The translations under genes were made by a program, and so were the position numbers. DNA of 64,000 nucleotides from positions 704,001-768,000 of the forward strand of contig OZ251539.1 in NCBI GenBank assembly GCA_965243135.1, given 5' to 3'. The DNA comes from Alphaproteobacteria bacterium (GTDB lineage: Bacteria; Pseudomonadota; Alphaproteobacteria; MPNO01; UBA830). The notes beneath the pieces are model-generated. The model did not search any database. It had not been told where the DNA came from and saw only the letters and a list, made by a program, of their open reading frames with translations. Shown piece after piece: positions 29,643 to 39,898 of this stretch (positions within the stretch are counted from its first letter, which is position 1; each line of letters opens with the position of its first letter).

Positions 29643-30778
29643 TCTTTTTCCTCCAGCGCCCGCCTGATCAGCGCCCTGTAGACCCGCGCCATCGCGACCA
29701 GATCGGAAATCAGAACGCGCTCCTCGTTCGAGTGGAACTGGCCGACCTCGCCCGGTCCGAGCATGACGGACTCGATCCCGAGACGGCCGAAATATCCCGC
29801 GTCGAGAGCGAAGCTGCAGGCTCTGGTTTCGGCGACGCCCAGCCCGGCGTCGGCATACGCCTGGTCGAGCAGGGTCATCAGCGGTCCGTTGTCCGCGACT
29901 TCGTTGGGATACATGAACGCTCCGCATCGGCACGACACTTCCCACGGACCGTCCGACGGCAACGCCGCGGCTACGGTCCGGAAGACGGATTCGGGATTCT
30001 CGCCCGGCAGCAGCCGCCGGTCGAACGTCATCTCGACCAGATCCTGGACGGTATGGGTCGCTTCCGGGAAGCTGCGGATGGAAGTCGGAGTGAGGGTGGC
30101 CGAGCCGAGGACGAGATCCTCGGCGGTTTCGAGAGCCAGCAGCGCCTCGAGACATTGTTGCGCGCCCTCGATGGCGTCGACGCCGTTCCACGGCATGCTG
30201 GAATGGCTCGATTTGCCGCGCACGGAGACTTCTATGTCGATCCGGCCCTTGTTGCTCGATCCCACCTTGTTTCCGGTGCCGAGGCACACGATCGCGTAGT
30301 CGGGCTTGCGGCCGATGCCCTTCATCACGCGCGCGGCCGCGTCGTGGCGTCCGGTCTCTCCCGCGGTCAGCAGCGCGAATATCAAACGGCCCGGCAGATC
30401 GCCTTTCGCCGCGTCGGCGACCGCGCCGAGCGCCGCGGCGAGGGCCGTCTTCTGTTCCGCCACGCCGCGACCGCGCACGGCCGGACCGTTTTTGGTCTTG
30501 ACGAGCGCGGCCGCGAACGGATCGGTCATGCCCGCCGCAGGATGGGTCATGGCGTAGGTCGCGAACATGATCGAGCGTTTCGCGTCTCGCGGTCCGAGAT
30601 CGAGGATCAGGTTTCCCATCCTGTCGAGCCGAACCGGTCCGATCTCGCGAGCCAGCGGCGCGACGCATTCGCTGACGAAGGCCCTGACCTCGGGATCCTT
30701 TTCCTGCAGCTCCGTCTGTTGACTCGGGTAGCGCACGAAGCGTTGCAGCCACGAGACCAGCGTCCGTTCGGAAATCAA
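29639..30778 (-). CDS. M20/ArgE-DapE-fold protein with atypical metal ligands
   Basis: DRMGNLI, VRGRG, GKSSHSSMPWNGVDAI, DRRLLPGE, GPG..HSNEE. Start codon uncertain (TTG). Confidence 0.8.
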   Translation of the reverse strand: MISERTLVSWLQRFVRYPSQQTELQEKDPEVRAFVSECVAPLAREIGPVRLDRMGNLILDLGPRDAKRSIMFATYAMTHPAAGMTDPFAAALVKTKNGPAVRGRGVAEQKTALAAALGAVADAAKGDLPGRLIFALLTAGETGRHDAAARVMKGIGRKPDYAIVCLGTGNKVGSSNKGRIDIEVSVRGKSSHSSMPWNGVDAIEGAQQCLEALLALETAEDLVLGSATLTPTSIRSFPEATHTVQDLVEMTFDRRLLPGENPESVFRTVAAALPSDGPWEVSCRCGAFMYPNEVADNGPLMTLLDQAYADAGLGVAETRACSFALDAGYFGRLGIESVMLGPGEVGQFHSNEERVLISDLVAMARVYRALIRRALEEKE

Positions 30779-30792
30779 GGCGGCGTCTCCCG

Positions 30793-32109
30793 TCAGAAGC
30801 CGAACAGCACGTCCGGCAGCCAGGTCGCGGCTTTCGGATACAGCGCGACCAGCGCGAGCGTCAGCAGCTGCGCGACGACGTAGGGCGCCACGCCGCGGTA
30901 CATGTCGCCGTAGGTGATTTCCCGGGGCGCGATGGAACGGAGATAGAAGATCGAAGGCGCCATCGGCGGCGTCAGGTAGGACGTCTGGAGAATGATGCAC
31001 ACCATGACGCCGAACCAGAGCGGGTCGATCTCCGCGCCCCTGATGATCGGATCGGCGATCGGCAGCACGATGATGAGGACGGAAATCCAGTCCAGAATGA
31101 AGCCCAGAATGAAGACCACCACCAGGAAGGCGATGACGATTTCCACCTGGCCGAATCCCTGGCCCTCGATGATGCCGGAAACCAGTTCGTCGCCGCCTTG
31201 AACGATGAACGCGCTGGCGAACAGGACGCCGCCCACCACGATCAGCATCACCATGGACGTGATCTTGATGGTCTGGGTCAGCGCCTCTTTCAGAACGGAA
31301 AAGGAGAAACCGCCGTAGGCGACGCTGAGCAGGACGGAGCCGAAAGCGCCGACGGCCGCCGCTTCGGTCGGCGCGGCGATACCGGCGAAGATGCTGCCGA
31401 GCACTGCGAGGACGAGGAGGGCGGCGGGCAGCAGCGCGGTGGCCGCCAGACGGAGTTTTTCTCCCAGGGAGTAGGAGATTTCCGACGGTTCGAGGCCCGG
31501 GCCGGCGTCCGGCTGCAGCGTGCAGCGCCCCACGATGTAGAGGAGAAAGAGGGCGACCATGACGCCCGCCGGGATCACGATGCCGGCGAACAGGTCGCCA
31601 ACCGACATTTCCGTGATCGAGGCGTAGACGATGATCACCACCGAAGGCGGAATGGTCGTGCCGAGCGACCCGCCCGCGCAGACCGTGCCGGCCGCGAGAT
31701 CCTTGCGGTACCCCGCTCCGAGCATCGCCGGTATCGCCATGATGCCGACCACGATCTCCACTGCGCCGACAACGCCGGACGAAGCCGCGAAGATCCCGCA
31801 CATGACGATGGTGGTGATCCCGAGGCCGCCGCGAAGCGGACCGAACCAGATCTTGATGGCCTCGAACAGCCTGGCGGCGATGCCCGCCCGTTCCAGCATC
31901 GCGCCCATGAAGACGAAGAGCGGTATCGCGGCAAGGATGAAGTTCGACGAGACGTCGAACAGGCGGCTGTGAAACTGGGTCGGCAGCGTCATGCCGAATT
32001 CCAGAACCCCGAACACGAAGGCGGTGGCGATCAGGCTCAACGCGACCGGAATTCCGGCGAACACCAGAACGAACAGGAACGGGAACATGAAGACGGCGAG
32101 GTCGGACAT
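30793..32109 (-). CDS. dctM: TRAP large permease
   Basis: AIPLFVFMG, GGSLGTTIPPS, PTEAAAVG, TSYLTPP. Highly hydrophobic. Confidence 0.93.
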   Translation of the reverse strand: MSDLAVFMFPFLFVLVFAGIPVALSLIATAFVFGVLEFGMTLPTQFHSRLFDVSSNFILAAIPLFVFMGAMLERAGIAARLFEAIKIWFGPLRGGLGITTIVMCGIFAASSGVVGAVEIVVGIMAIPAMLGAGYRKDLAAGTVCAGGSLGTTIPPSVVIIVYASITEMSVGDLFAGIVIPAGVMVALFLLYIVGRCTLQPDAGPGLEPSEISYSLGEKLRLAATALLPAALLVLAVLGSIFAGIAAPTEAAAVGAFGSVLLSVAYGGFSFSVLKEALTQTIKITSMVMLIVVGGVLFASAFIVQGGDELVSGIIEGQGFGQVEIVIAFLVVVFILGFILDWISVLIIVLPIADPIIRGAEIDPLWFGVMVCIILQTSYLTPPMAPSIFYLRSIAPREITYGDMYRGVAPYVVAQLLTLALVALYPKAATWLPDVLFGF

Positions 32110-32110
32110 G

Positions 32111-32653
32111 TCAGGCGCCGGGGAGCTCTTCGCCCCGGTGGAGCAACGGAGACCTGCCTAGGCCGAGCGCGCTCCGGAAATGCCGGACGCACTCGGCGAT
32201 CATCTGAAGGAACAGGGCGGCGAATCCGGTCAGGATGCCTGCGAAGAGCGGCCACAGCAGCGGCTTCCAGGGGCTGGCGGGATCCAGTTCGTCAGTGACC
32301 CACGCCTCCAGCCATTCCTCCCATGCGCCGATCAGGAGGAAGGTCATCGCCGGAAAGACCAGCGCCAGGTAGACGGCGACGTTGATCCAGTCCTGGATCC
32401 TTTGCGGAAACCGGCTCGACAGGAAGTCGATGCGGATGTGGCCGTTGTGCCGCAGCGTGTAGCCCGCGGCGAAGATGAAGCCGATGCCGTTGAGCATGTA
32501 GGCCACGTCGTAGGCCCACAGCGTCGGCGCGGAGAACAGGCGTCGCGAAACGACCTCGTACATCATGTCGCCGACGAGAACCAGCAGCATGATCATCGAG
32601 ATCGCGGCGAAAAACCGCGAAATCCGGTCGACCGTCGGCAGAAAGCGATTCAT
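32111..32653 (-). CDS. dctQ: TRAP small permease
   Basis: YEVVSR..PTLWAYD, GHIRID, four TM segments. Confidence 0.92.
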   Translation of the reverse strand: MNRFLPTVDRISRFFAAISMIMLLVLVGDMMYEVVSRRLFSAPTLWAYDVAYMLNGIGFIFAAGYTLRHNGHIRIDFLSSRFPQRIQDWINVAVYLALVFPAMTFLLIGAWEEWLEAWVTDELDPASPWKPLLWPLFAGILTGFAALFLQMIAECVRHFRSALGLGRSPLLHRGEELPGA

Positions 32654-32661
32654 GGCGGCGA

Positions 32662-32687
32662 GCGGCGCCGGGAGTTCCCGGCGCCGC
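32662..32687. terminator. Intercistronic stem-loop between dctP and dctQ
   Basis: gcggcgccggga-gt-tcccggcgccgc, perfect 12-bp arms. Confidence 0.55.
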
Positions 32688-32697
32688 GGCCCGACCG

Positions 32698-33753
32698 TCA
32701 GTTATGCCGGTACGTGCTGAACTTCTTCCAGCGGTCGTAGAAGCCCCAGTACGACTCCGAGGCGCGCGCCATCCACGGATTCCCCTTTGCGGTCTGTTTC
32801 TTCGACTGCTCGGCCGACCATGCGCGCCCGAGCTCCTCGATCTTCGCCTGGGCGGCGGCGTCCAGCGTCGACCATTCGTTGCGCCCGGCCTTCAGTTTTT
32901 CCATCGCATCGATGTCCTGCACGCCGACCTGCATCGCCGTCTGAAACCCCGAGTAGACGCCCGCGGCCGTAATCTGTTCCTGGAGTTTCTTCGGGAGCTT
33001 GTCCCAGTCGCCGGCGCGGAACACGGCCTCGTTGGAGTGCGACGGGTTATGCAGTCCGGGGACGATGATGAACTTCGCAACCTTGTGGAAGCCGAGTTTG
33101 ATGTTGCTGGACGGAGTGATGAACTCCGTGGCGTCGATCACGCGGCGCTCCAGCGCCGTGTAGATATCGGCCGGCGGGATGACCGTCGCCGAGGCGCCCA
33201 CCATCTTGAGGATGTCGGCCCAGGGTCCTGCCGTCCGTATCTTCATGCCCTTGAGATCGGCGAGCTTTTCGATCTTCTTGTGCGAATGGAGGAAGAATTC
33301 CGTCGAACCCATGCCCGTGACCACGGAATGAAGTTGCTGGGTGTCCCTGCGGAAGCCGGCCAGCAGCTTGTCGCCGCCGCCCGCGAGATACCAGTGCATG
33401 AACTCTTCCATCGGCATGCCGCCGACCGTGCCGCCGAAGATCCCGTTGGCGGGGTCGGCGTTGACCGCGAATCCGGGATAGCAGTAGCAGATGTCCGCGG
33501 TGCCCTTCTGCACCGCCGACCAGGCGTCGAAGGGTCCCGACAGGACGCCGACGCTGAACCCCTTGATCTTCACCTCGCCGTCGGTCAGCAGGTGGACGGC
33601 GTCGATGAAACGCTGCATGTAGTTGTTCCAGGTTCCCGACTTGAGCGGGACGTACGAGGTGAGCTTCCACTCGTATTTCTGGGCCTGCGCCGGGCCGAGC
33701 CCTGCAGCGACCGCAATGGCCGCGGCGCCTGCCAGTTTCGTGAATTTCAGCAT
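32698..33753 (-). CDS. dctP: TRAP substrate-binding protein (DctP/TakP-like)
   Basis: Signal peptide, DLKGMKIRT, IYTALERRVIDATE, PGLH. Precedes dctQM. Confidence 0.92.
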   Translation of the reverse strand: MLKFTKLAGAAAIAVAAGLGPAQAQKYEWKLTSYVPLKSGTWNNYMQRFIDAVHLLTDGEVKIKGFSVGVLSGPFDAWSAVQKGTADICYCYPGFAVNADPANGIFGGTVGGMPMEEFMHWYLAGGGDKLLAGFRRDTQQLHSVVTGMGSTEFFLHSHKKIEKLADLKGMKIRTAGPWADILKMVGASATVIPPADIYTALERRVIDATEFITPSSNIKLGFHKVAKFIIVPGLHNPSHSNEAVFRAGDWDKLPKKLQEQITAAGVYSGFQTAMQVGVQDIDAMEKLKAGRNEWSTLDAAAQAKIEELGRAWSAEQSKKQTAKGNPWMARASESYWGFYDRWKKFSTYRHN

Positions 33754-34320
33754 GGTTCTCTCCCTTGTTGCGGAAGTCGCTTCCGGTCGCTGCGCCGGAT
33801 CCGGATCCCGTGCCGTCATTGAAGCACACTTGCGCGTCAATTAACAAACCCAAGGACGACGGGCGCAAACTATATCTCAGCCAGGAAAGGGGCGCTCCCT
33901 GTGGCGAATGACCAACCACGAAAAGAGCGCGCCGCGTCAGGTCGAGCGCCGGCTTAGCCTCGCGCAACGGCGCCGCGCCGCCGGTTCATGGTTTGTCGAA
34001 ACCGGCGCTTGGCGGTTCCATCCAACGCGGAGTTCTCCGTACCGCAACTGCGTCTGACGATCCGTGAAGCGGAGGGCATTCCGGAAGAGCGCGTTACGAA
34101 GGAGGCGCGGGAGGAGCTGTCGTGGCACGGCGCGTGAATCCGCCCGGACCGAGGGCCGGGCAATTGCGCAGTCTTCGCCGGCGCTCGCCGCACCCCGCTT
34201 ATTGCAGGACCCCGCCCTCCGGAGCGTTATCCGCGACCCTGCTTCGGCGAACTCGGGATTCGACTTCACGAACATCCGTTGAGATAAAAAGGCACGAGCA
34301 AGAGTTGCGGGGAACGCAAG

Positions 34321-37300
34321 TTGACCGACGGGTTTCAGAGAACGCTGGATCACATCCGGACGATCGCCGGATCGCAAGCGGAGAAGGGCCGCCTGTTCGA
34401 GCGGCTGATGAAGACCTTCTTTGCCAAGGATCCTCTCTATGCGGAACGCTTTTCGAATGTCCGGCTGTGGTCCGAATGGGCGGAGATCAGGCCGGAATTC
34501 GGCGGAAACGACATCGGCATCGACCTCGTGGCCGAAGAACGGGACGGCGGCTTCTGCGCCATCCAGTGCAAGTGCTACGCCCCCGGCACGACGATTTCGA
34601 AGCCCGACCTCGACTCGTTCATCGCCGCCTCGGCGCGCGATCCCTTCACGGCCCGCATCGTGGTCGACACCGGCGACGGTTGGGGCCCCAACGCCCTCAA
34701 GACCGTCAAGGGCCTGAAGCCGTCTTGCGGCGTCCTGCGTTTCGGCGATCTGGCCGGCCGGCCTTTCGACTGGCCGGATCTGGCCAGCCAGGAACCCGAG
34801 AATCTTTCGTGGCGGGGCGAGGCGTTCAGCCTGCGCCCGCATCAGCGGGAGGCTTTCGACGACGTGATCCGGGGTTTCGGGAACCGCGGCCGCGGCAAGC
34901 TCGTCATGGCCTGCGGCGCCGGCAAGACCTTCACGGCGCTGCGCATCGCGGAAGCCGTCGCCGGCGTCGGCCGGCGGGCGCTTTACCTGGTTCCGTCGAT
35001 CTCCCTCTTCCAGCAATCGATGCGCGAGTGGGCGACCCACCGGGGGATTCCGCACCGCTACGTCGGGATCTGCTCCGACACGCGGGCCGGCCGCACGGAC
35101 GAGGACGCCTCGATGGAGGAGCTGGAAATCCCGGTCACCACGAATCCGGACGCGATCCAGGAAGCGCTTCGTGGCACCGGGAACGACGCGATGACGGTGG
35201 TCTTCTGCACCTACCAGTCGCTGCCTCTGGTGGAGCGGGCGCAGGCGCAGGGCGCTCCCGGGTTCGATCTCGCGATCTGCGACGAAGCCCACCGGACGAC
35301 CGGCGTGGAAATTCCCGACAAGTCGACGTCTCCGTTCGTGCTGATTCACGATGCGAAGAAGATTGCGGCGGAGAAGCGGCTGTACATGACCGCGACGCCG
35401 CGCATCTATGCCGAGGGTGCGAAGGCGAAGGCGGCGAACCGGGCCGTCGAAGTGTTCTCGATGGACGACGAGGAAACCTTCGGGCCCGAGTTCCATCGTC
35501 TGCCGTTTTCGCGGGCGATCGCACGAAACCTGCTGTCCGACTACAAGGTGGTGATCCTCGTGGTGCGGGAGGATGCGGCGGATCCGGCGCTCCGGGCGCA
35601 TCTGGCCGAGGGCGACGGCGAGATCAACCTGACCGACGCGGCGAAGATCGTCGGGTGCTGGCGGGTGCTTCAGAATCCGGAGAACGCCGCCGTCTCCGCG
35701 CCGCTGGGCCGGGCGATCGCGTTCAACGGCAGGATCAAGGATTCGCAGAAGCTGGAGCGGCATTGGGGACCGATCGTCGCGCAGGCCGTGGAACTGTTGC
35801 CCGAGGACGAGCGTCCTGCGGATTTCCGGTGCGAGACCAAGCACGTCGACGGACAGCACAACGCGCTCGACCGCAAGCGGCGGATCGAATGGCTGAAGGA
35901 GGGCGATCGGAGCGCCTGCCGAATACTGACCAACGCGCGCTGCCTGTCGGAGGGGATCGACGTGCCGGCGCTCGACGCGGTGCTGTTCATGAGTCCGCGC
36001 AACTCGCAGGTCGACATCGTGCAGGCGGTCGGTCGGGCCATGCGGAAGGCGGAGGGCAAGGAGTACGGCTACATCGTGCTGCCGGTCGCCGTTCCGCCGA
36101 ACGTGGATCCGGCCCGGGCCCTGGACGACAACGAGCGGTTCGCCGCCGTCTGGGGCGTGCTGCGCTCCCTGCGTTCCCACGACGACAGGTTCAACGCGGA
36201 GATCAACAGGATCGACCTCAACGACACGCCCACCGAGCGAATCGTCATCTGGGACGGAAGCGACGAATCCGCCGGGAACGGCGAACCCTCTGAGCGGACG
36301 CTGCCCTTTCCGCCGCTCGACGTTCCGCCCGGCGCGATCTTCGCCAGGGTCGTCGAGAAATGCGGCGACCGGCGATACTGGGAAAGCTGGGCGAAGGACG
36401 TCGCCGACATCTTCGCGCGTCTGGTCCTTCGTATCGGAAACCTCCTGGACGATCCCGCCAACGAAGCCCTGCGCGAATGGTTCGACGCCTTCCTCGACGA
36501 ACTCAAGGCGTCGATCAACGATTCGATCACTCGCGCGGGCGCCGTCGACATGATGGCGCAGCACATTCTGACGCAGCCGGTCTTCGAGGCGCTGTTCGAG
36601 CGCTACGAATTCGCGAAGAGCAATCCGGTGGCGCGGGCGCTTGACGCGCTGCGGGAGGATTTCTGGGAATTCGGCTTCGAAAACGAACTGGAGGGGCTGG
36701 AGAGCTTCTACGAAAGCGTCCGCATGCGCGCTCGCGGCCTCGACAACAGCGCTGCGCGCCAGCATGTGCTGATGGAACTCTACGAGAAGTTTTTCGCGAC
36801 GGCGCTGAAGAAGGAAACGGATCGGCTCGGCATCGTCTATACGCCCGTCGAAGTGGTGGACTTCATCCTCCGCAGCGCCGACCATGCATTGCGGGAAGAA
36901 TTCGGTCGGTCCCTGAGCGACGAGGGAGTCAACGTGCTCGACCCGTTCACGGGTAGCGGCATCTTCCTCGTCCGGCTTCTCCAGTCGGAGTTGATCGCCG
37001 ACGCCGATCTGGAACGGAAGTTCGGCGGGGAACTTCACGCCAACGAGATCGTCCTCCTCGCCTACTACATCGCGGCGGTCCATATCGAAGAGGCCTTCCA
37101 CGGTCGGGGGGGGGGGCGGGTACGAACCGTTCAATGGCATCGCGCTTGCCGACACCTTCAACCTTCACACGGAGAGAACCGGTTTTCCGAAGGACTGGCT
37201 TCCCGGCAACAGCGAGCGCGTGGAACGGCAGCAGAACCTGCCGATCCAGATCGTCGTCGGCAACCCGCCGTGGTCGGCCTGGCAGAAGAATGCAGCCGAC

Positions 37301-39196
37301 GACAATCCGAATGTCGACTACCCGGAAGTCGAAAGCCGGGTCGCCGAGACCTACGCAGCGTGGTCGCGGGCGACGAACAAGAACAGCCTGTACGACACTT
37401 ACAAGATGGCGGTTCGTTGGGCGTCCGACCGCATCGGCGAGCAGGGCGTCGTCGCCTTCGTCACCAACGGGTCCTGGATCGACGGCAACGTCGATTCCGG
37501 CGTGCGGGCCTGTCTGGCGGAGGAGTTCACGTCCATCTACGTCCTGAACCTGCGGGGCAACGCGAGGACTTCGGGAGAACTGCGACGCAAGGAGGGAGAT
37601 AACGTATTCGGACAGGGATCCCGCGCGCCGGTGGCGATCACGGTGCTGGTCCGCAACCCGAAGGCGGACCGCGAGGACTGCCGCATCCTCTACCGCGACG
37701 TCGGGGACTATCTGACTCGCGAGGACAAGCTGGCCTTTTTGCGGGAGAAGGGATCGATCATGGGCATCGACGACTGGAAGGAAATCGCGCCCGACCGCCA
37801 TCACGACTGGATCGGGCAGCGCAGCGAGGAATTCGGGAAGCTCTATCCGATAGGTTCGAAGGACGCGAAGGCCGGCAAGACCGAAGAAGCGATATTTTCG
37901 CTGTTCAGCAACGGCTACAAGACCGGCAGGGATGCGTATGTGTACAATTTTTCCCGACGTGCTTGCGCGGAGAATGCCCGCCTGATGGTTGACGACTATT
38001 GCGATGCGCTGGAAGAATTCGAGGAAATTATGCGAGGCAAGAAAGACGTTTCAAAATTCGAAATAAATCAGATCGTCGACGATGTCGTATCCTCTAGCAG
38101 GCTGCATTGGGATCAGAAGTTAATAGATAATCTGAGAAGAAGAAAATACATAAAGTTCGAAGAACGTAATCTTTACAGGACAATTTATCGTCCATTTATT
38201 GCTATGAATTTGTACGCCGATCATTTCTTTGCTCAACGGAAATATCGGATGGATTTGATTTTTCCAAAGTTAGTTCGAGGCGAAAACCGTGCGATCTGCG
38301 TTCCGGGCATAGGATCGACCAAGCCGTTCTCCGCCCTCGTAGTCGATACGATGCCGGATCTGGAACTCGTATCTAAAAGTCAGTGCTTCCCGCGATACCG
38401 GTATCGGCGTTCGGAAAACACGCAGGACGAGCTTCCGGGGCTTGAGCCGAAACTCGAACGAGTGGACAATATCGCCGATACAGCCCTTCGAGTCTTTCGC
38501 ACAAAATACGGCGACAACTCCATCTCGAAAGACGCGATATTCGATTACGTCTACGCAGTCCTGCATCATCCGCGTTATCGAGAACGTTTCGCGAACGACT
38601 TGACCAAGGAATTGCCCCGCGTTCCGTTCGCGGCGGATTTCCATGCTTTCGCCGAGGCGGGGCGCAAACTCGCCGATCTTCATCTTCGATACGAGAGCTG
38701 CGACGAGTACCCGCTCGATGTCGAGTTTTCGGGTTCCGAAGAGCCTCGACCGGAACATTTTTGCCTCGGCGATCGGGCAATGCGGTTCGAGGACGACGAA
38801 AGGACAATCCTCCGTGTCAACGAGCACGTGAGCCTCCGCGGTGTCCCCGCCAAGGCGCACGAATACCAAGTCAACGGGAGAACCCCGCTGGAATGGTTTA
38901 TCGACCGTTACAGGATCGTGCAGGATCGCGAGAGCGGCATCGTCAACGACCCGAACGGCTGGTTCGACGACCCGCGTGACCTGATCTCTGCCATCCGCCG
39001 CGTCGTCCATGTCAGCGTGGAAACCTCGCGCATCGTCGCGGCGCTGCCCGAACCGTTTGCCGACGACGAAGCTGATCGGAGCGCGGCCGCTTTTCGGGCC
39101 GAAGCCCAACGCCAATCCCTTGTCGTCGCCCGGAGCCCGCAAGCGCAGGAGGACCAAGATTTTGTCGATGCCGTCACCGACTGGGGCGATGAATGA
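34321..39196 (+). CDS. Type ISP restriction-modification enzyme (Mrr-like nuclease, SF2 helicase, N6-methyltransferase, TRD), frameshifted at a G11 tract, with a C-terminal antitoxin-like tail
   Basis: KGRLFERL..DIGIDLVAE..AIQCKCY; LRPHQ, MACGAGKT, DEAHRTTG, MTATPR, CLSEGIDVPALD, QAVGR; LGIVYTPVEVVDFI, LDPFTGSG. After the shift: YEPFNGIALADTF, GNPPWS, NLRGN, DWIGQR, YRPF, SQCFP, YQVNGRTPLEW, NDPN. ORFs 34321-37602 and 37220-39196 join if one G is removed. Confidence 0.9.
37106..37116 (+). repeat. G11 homopolymer at the frameshift point
   Basis: cacggtc-ggggggggggg-cgggtacgaa. G10 or G13 restores the frame (HGRGGGGYEPF). Confidence 0.9.
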
Positions 39197-39528
39197 AGCG
39201 CGGATGGACGGTTTCAGGAGGAGGAGACTATACGGGCAAACCCCATCCCGCAGTGATCGTTCAGGACGACGGATTCGACGGAACCGCCTTGATCGCGATC
39301 TGTCCCTTCACGACCGACACAGCCGAAGCGCCGTTGATGCGCCTCCCAATCGAACCTGACGGGCGAACGGGCTCGATGCGCTGTCTCATGGTGGACAAGA
39401 TCGCCACTGTATCGACACGGAAGATCGGCAGGCGGACCGGCGAACTCGACAGAGAAGACATCGAACGGCTCGATCAGGCGATAGCCGTTTTCCTCGGCTT
39501 GATGGTTTCGCAAGAAGACATGTGCTGA
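39193..39528 (+). CDS. mazF: PemK/MazF-family toxin
   Basis: GGGDYTGKPHPAVIVQDD, ICPFTT, LMVDKIATV, IGRRTGELD..RLDQAIAVFLGL. ATGA overlap with the R-M stop codon. Confidence 0.85.
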   Translation: MKRGWTVSGGGDYTGKPHPAVIVQDDGFDGTALIAICPFTTDTAEAPLMRLPIEPDGRTGSMRCLMVDKIATVSTRKIGRRTGELDREDIERLDQAIAVFLGLMVSQEDMC

Positions 39529-39898
39529 AAAGCGATGACGGTACCGTTCGAGAAAAGGCAATCCGGTTTGGCCAGTACTGTTTGGCGTGAACCGGCCGGC
39601 GCGACGATATGCCGAGGCCGAACATTGTCGCCGTTCTCGGCGCAAAGCTTATCCTGCGCGCGCTCGAAATATTCCAACGCTCGTTGCATGCCGAAGAAAA
39701 GCGTCATGCCGAACGCGATTTCGAGCCGGTCTCCGCAAAGAGCTCCTGTTCCGTCGCTCGGAGATCCGTTCCTTTGGGCGCGACGTGCCCCTATATGGCA
39801 GCCTTCTTCCGGGCGTCCTGTGGAATGAAGCGCGGCACGAACCGTGCCGACGCCCGAACCCGCGCGCCAGTCTTGGCCGGCGGTTGCGTGGAGCCGTT

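Noticed and set aside
33937-37161. 1074-aa minus-strand ORF, and similar long antisense or alternate-frame ORFs (7446-9416, 8060-10516, 39587-42475, 45396-47603, 47269-49449, 49143-51518)
   Set aside because: Shadow ORFs of well-supported genes in high-GC DNA, with no recognisable motifs.
37220-39196. Independent standalone methyltransferase gene
   Set aside because: It lacks motif I, which lies upstream of the G tract, and homology continues through the frameshift. An internal restart cannot be excluded.
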